NCBI GenBank assembly: GCA_951804945.1
Contig: OX638159.1
Coordinates: 43,276,001 to 43,340,000, forward strand
Direction: 5' to 3'
DNA: 64,000 nucleotides
DNA from: Podarcis cretensis
Taxonomy: Eukaryota
The notes below the pieces were generated by a model. The model was not told the DNA's origin. It saw only the letters and a program-made list of their open reading frames with translations, and ran no database searches. This document shows, piece by piece, positions 62,822-64,000 of this stretch; position 1 is the stretch's first letter, and every line of letters begins with the position of its first letter. Position numbers and translations under genes: made by a program.

Positions 62822-63745
62822 TAGTTTAAATTTGGAATTACCACCATAACCACCCCCTTCTTTGCTCACTGTCACGAAGCCTTTAGAAGCAATGTACCTC
62901 GTGGATTCAAAGGACAGGGGAAATGCCAATTTCTGACAGTTTCCCACTACAACAATAGTTCCAAATGGTGGTTTAAATTTGTTAGTTATTTTAAGCATGA
63001 GCATTACAGAGATTAATAGCATTAATAGTATTACTGGCATCTTCCAATGAAAGGTGCTCATTTTCTGCCCTACAAGGAAGCACAAAATGCTGCAATTAAC
63101 ACGGGTCTGCCACCAAAGATGGCAGGCCAGTGTAAAGTTCCTCCTCCTTCATAACATGTAGTGCAGATTATTCCATTTCCCAGCATCTTACTATGAATTT
63201 CCTCACATCACACTTGCTGCCGTTGGTGTAGAAATACAGTGGACAAAGGGTGAGTTGTATTACAGATGTGGAACTGCAATGTGTACTGAGGTAATTGGGA
63301 AACTAACATTCTCTTTTGCGCAATGCATTCTCCCTCTAGGGAGAACATTAAAAACCCAAAACCAAACACTCACCACATTATGCACAAAATGGGCCATATC
63401 ACTCTACTCTGAATTCACTCTTATCTCTAACAAGAAGTTACGAAACACCTGCTTTGTTATCAAATCTGGAACCCTCCGGTTATGAAACATGGAAGTCTAG
63501 CGCCAGCTTCCGATTCACATAAAGATTACAGGTTAAGATCTGTACTTCAGCTGACTGGAGGATGGGGGACCAATGCAAAAACCAACGAACAGCATAACCT
63601 TGCACAACTATTATCCTGAATGAAATACAGGATTACTATATCACTACAGTAACTACTGTTGGAGGAAAGTTAAAATTAAAGAGCAGTATTTCACATTATG
63701 CTCTTTATACACCTTTAGCAATATTCTTGTCAGAGATCAAGATAC

Positions 63746-63871
63746 CTTAAGAAGTTGTTTTCCAATTGTTGGGCTCATCTTTTCATCCACCATCAGAATA
63801 ACTATTCCCCTATCATCCATGCCTCGACGTCCGGCACGACCAGACATCTGAATATATTCACCTGAGGTGAT
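63746..63871 (-). CDS. MTREX: MTREX exon 15 (helicase motif VI); earlier exons lie beyond the right edge
   Basis: [42 protein letters not shown], with QxxGRAGRRG motif VI. 126 nt. Confidence 0.96.
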
Positions 63872-64000
63872 CTGAAAGAATAACAGAATTAGACAAATAG
63901 GCATATGTGCAAAAACAAGTCAAGGCTCTCAGTCCAAATGGGAGGGAAGCTACATGAGGGATGAGGCAGGAGGAGGGGATACAAAGGCTGAGTAAGAAGC

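Noticed and set aside
63100-63130. CTCF-like motif (CCACCAAAGATGGCAG); a similar partial match near 3600-3615
   Set aside because: Imperfect match to the consensus; cannot be supported without a PWM scan or ChIP data.

Overview
Eukaryotic (vertebrate) genomic DNA. The repeat content (Squam3-type SINE with a (CTT)n tail, CR1, L2, Bov-B, hAT and Tc2 MITEs) points to a squamate reptile, probably a lizard (inference). Three spliced genes could be rebuilt by hand with GT-AG junctions and consistent phases. (1) A granzyme A/K-like tryptase on the minus strand: exons 1-4 at 5735->256, with TATA box and Kozak start; the last exon with the catalytic Ser lies left of the window. (2) The last three coding exons of PLPP1 (PPAP2A) on the plus strand (20571-39301). 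(3) The last 13 coding exons of MTREX (SKIV2L2/MTR4) on the minus strand (63871->39736; 531 aa, numbered 15-27 by analogy to human). No PLPP1 exon 1-3 was seen left of 20571, so the granzyme gene appears to be nested antisense inside a PLPP1 intron; this is the most notable feature. PLPP1 and MTREX converge tail-to-tail with 434 bp between their stops, and a palindromic TTTAATTAAA gives a poly(A) signal on both strands. Introns hold many transposons, several with perfect TSDs, including a three-level nest (L2 > hAT > Bov-B). There is also an unexplained CpG-rich island with an antisense splice donor in MTREX intron 16. Most ORFs in the supplied track are non-coding artefacts. I found no evidence for a wholly new biological system beyond these arrangements.
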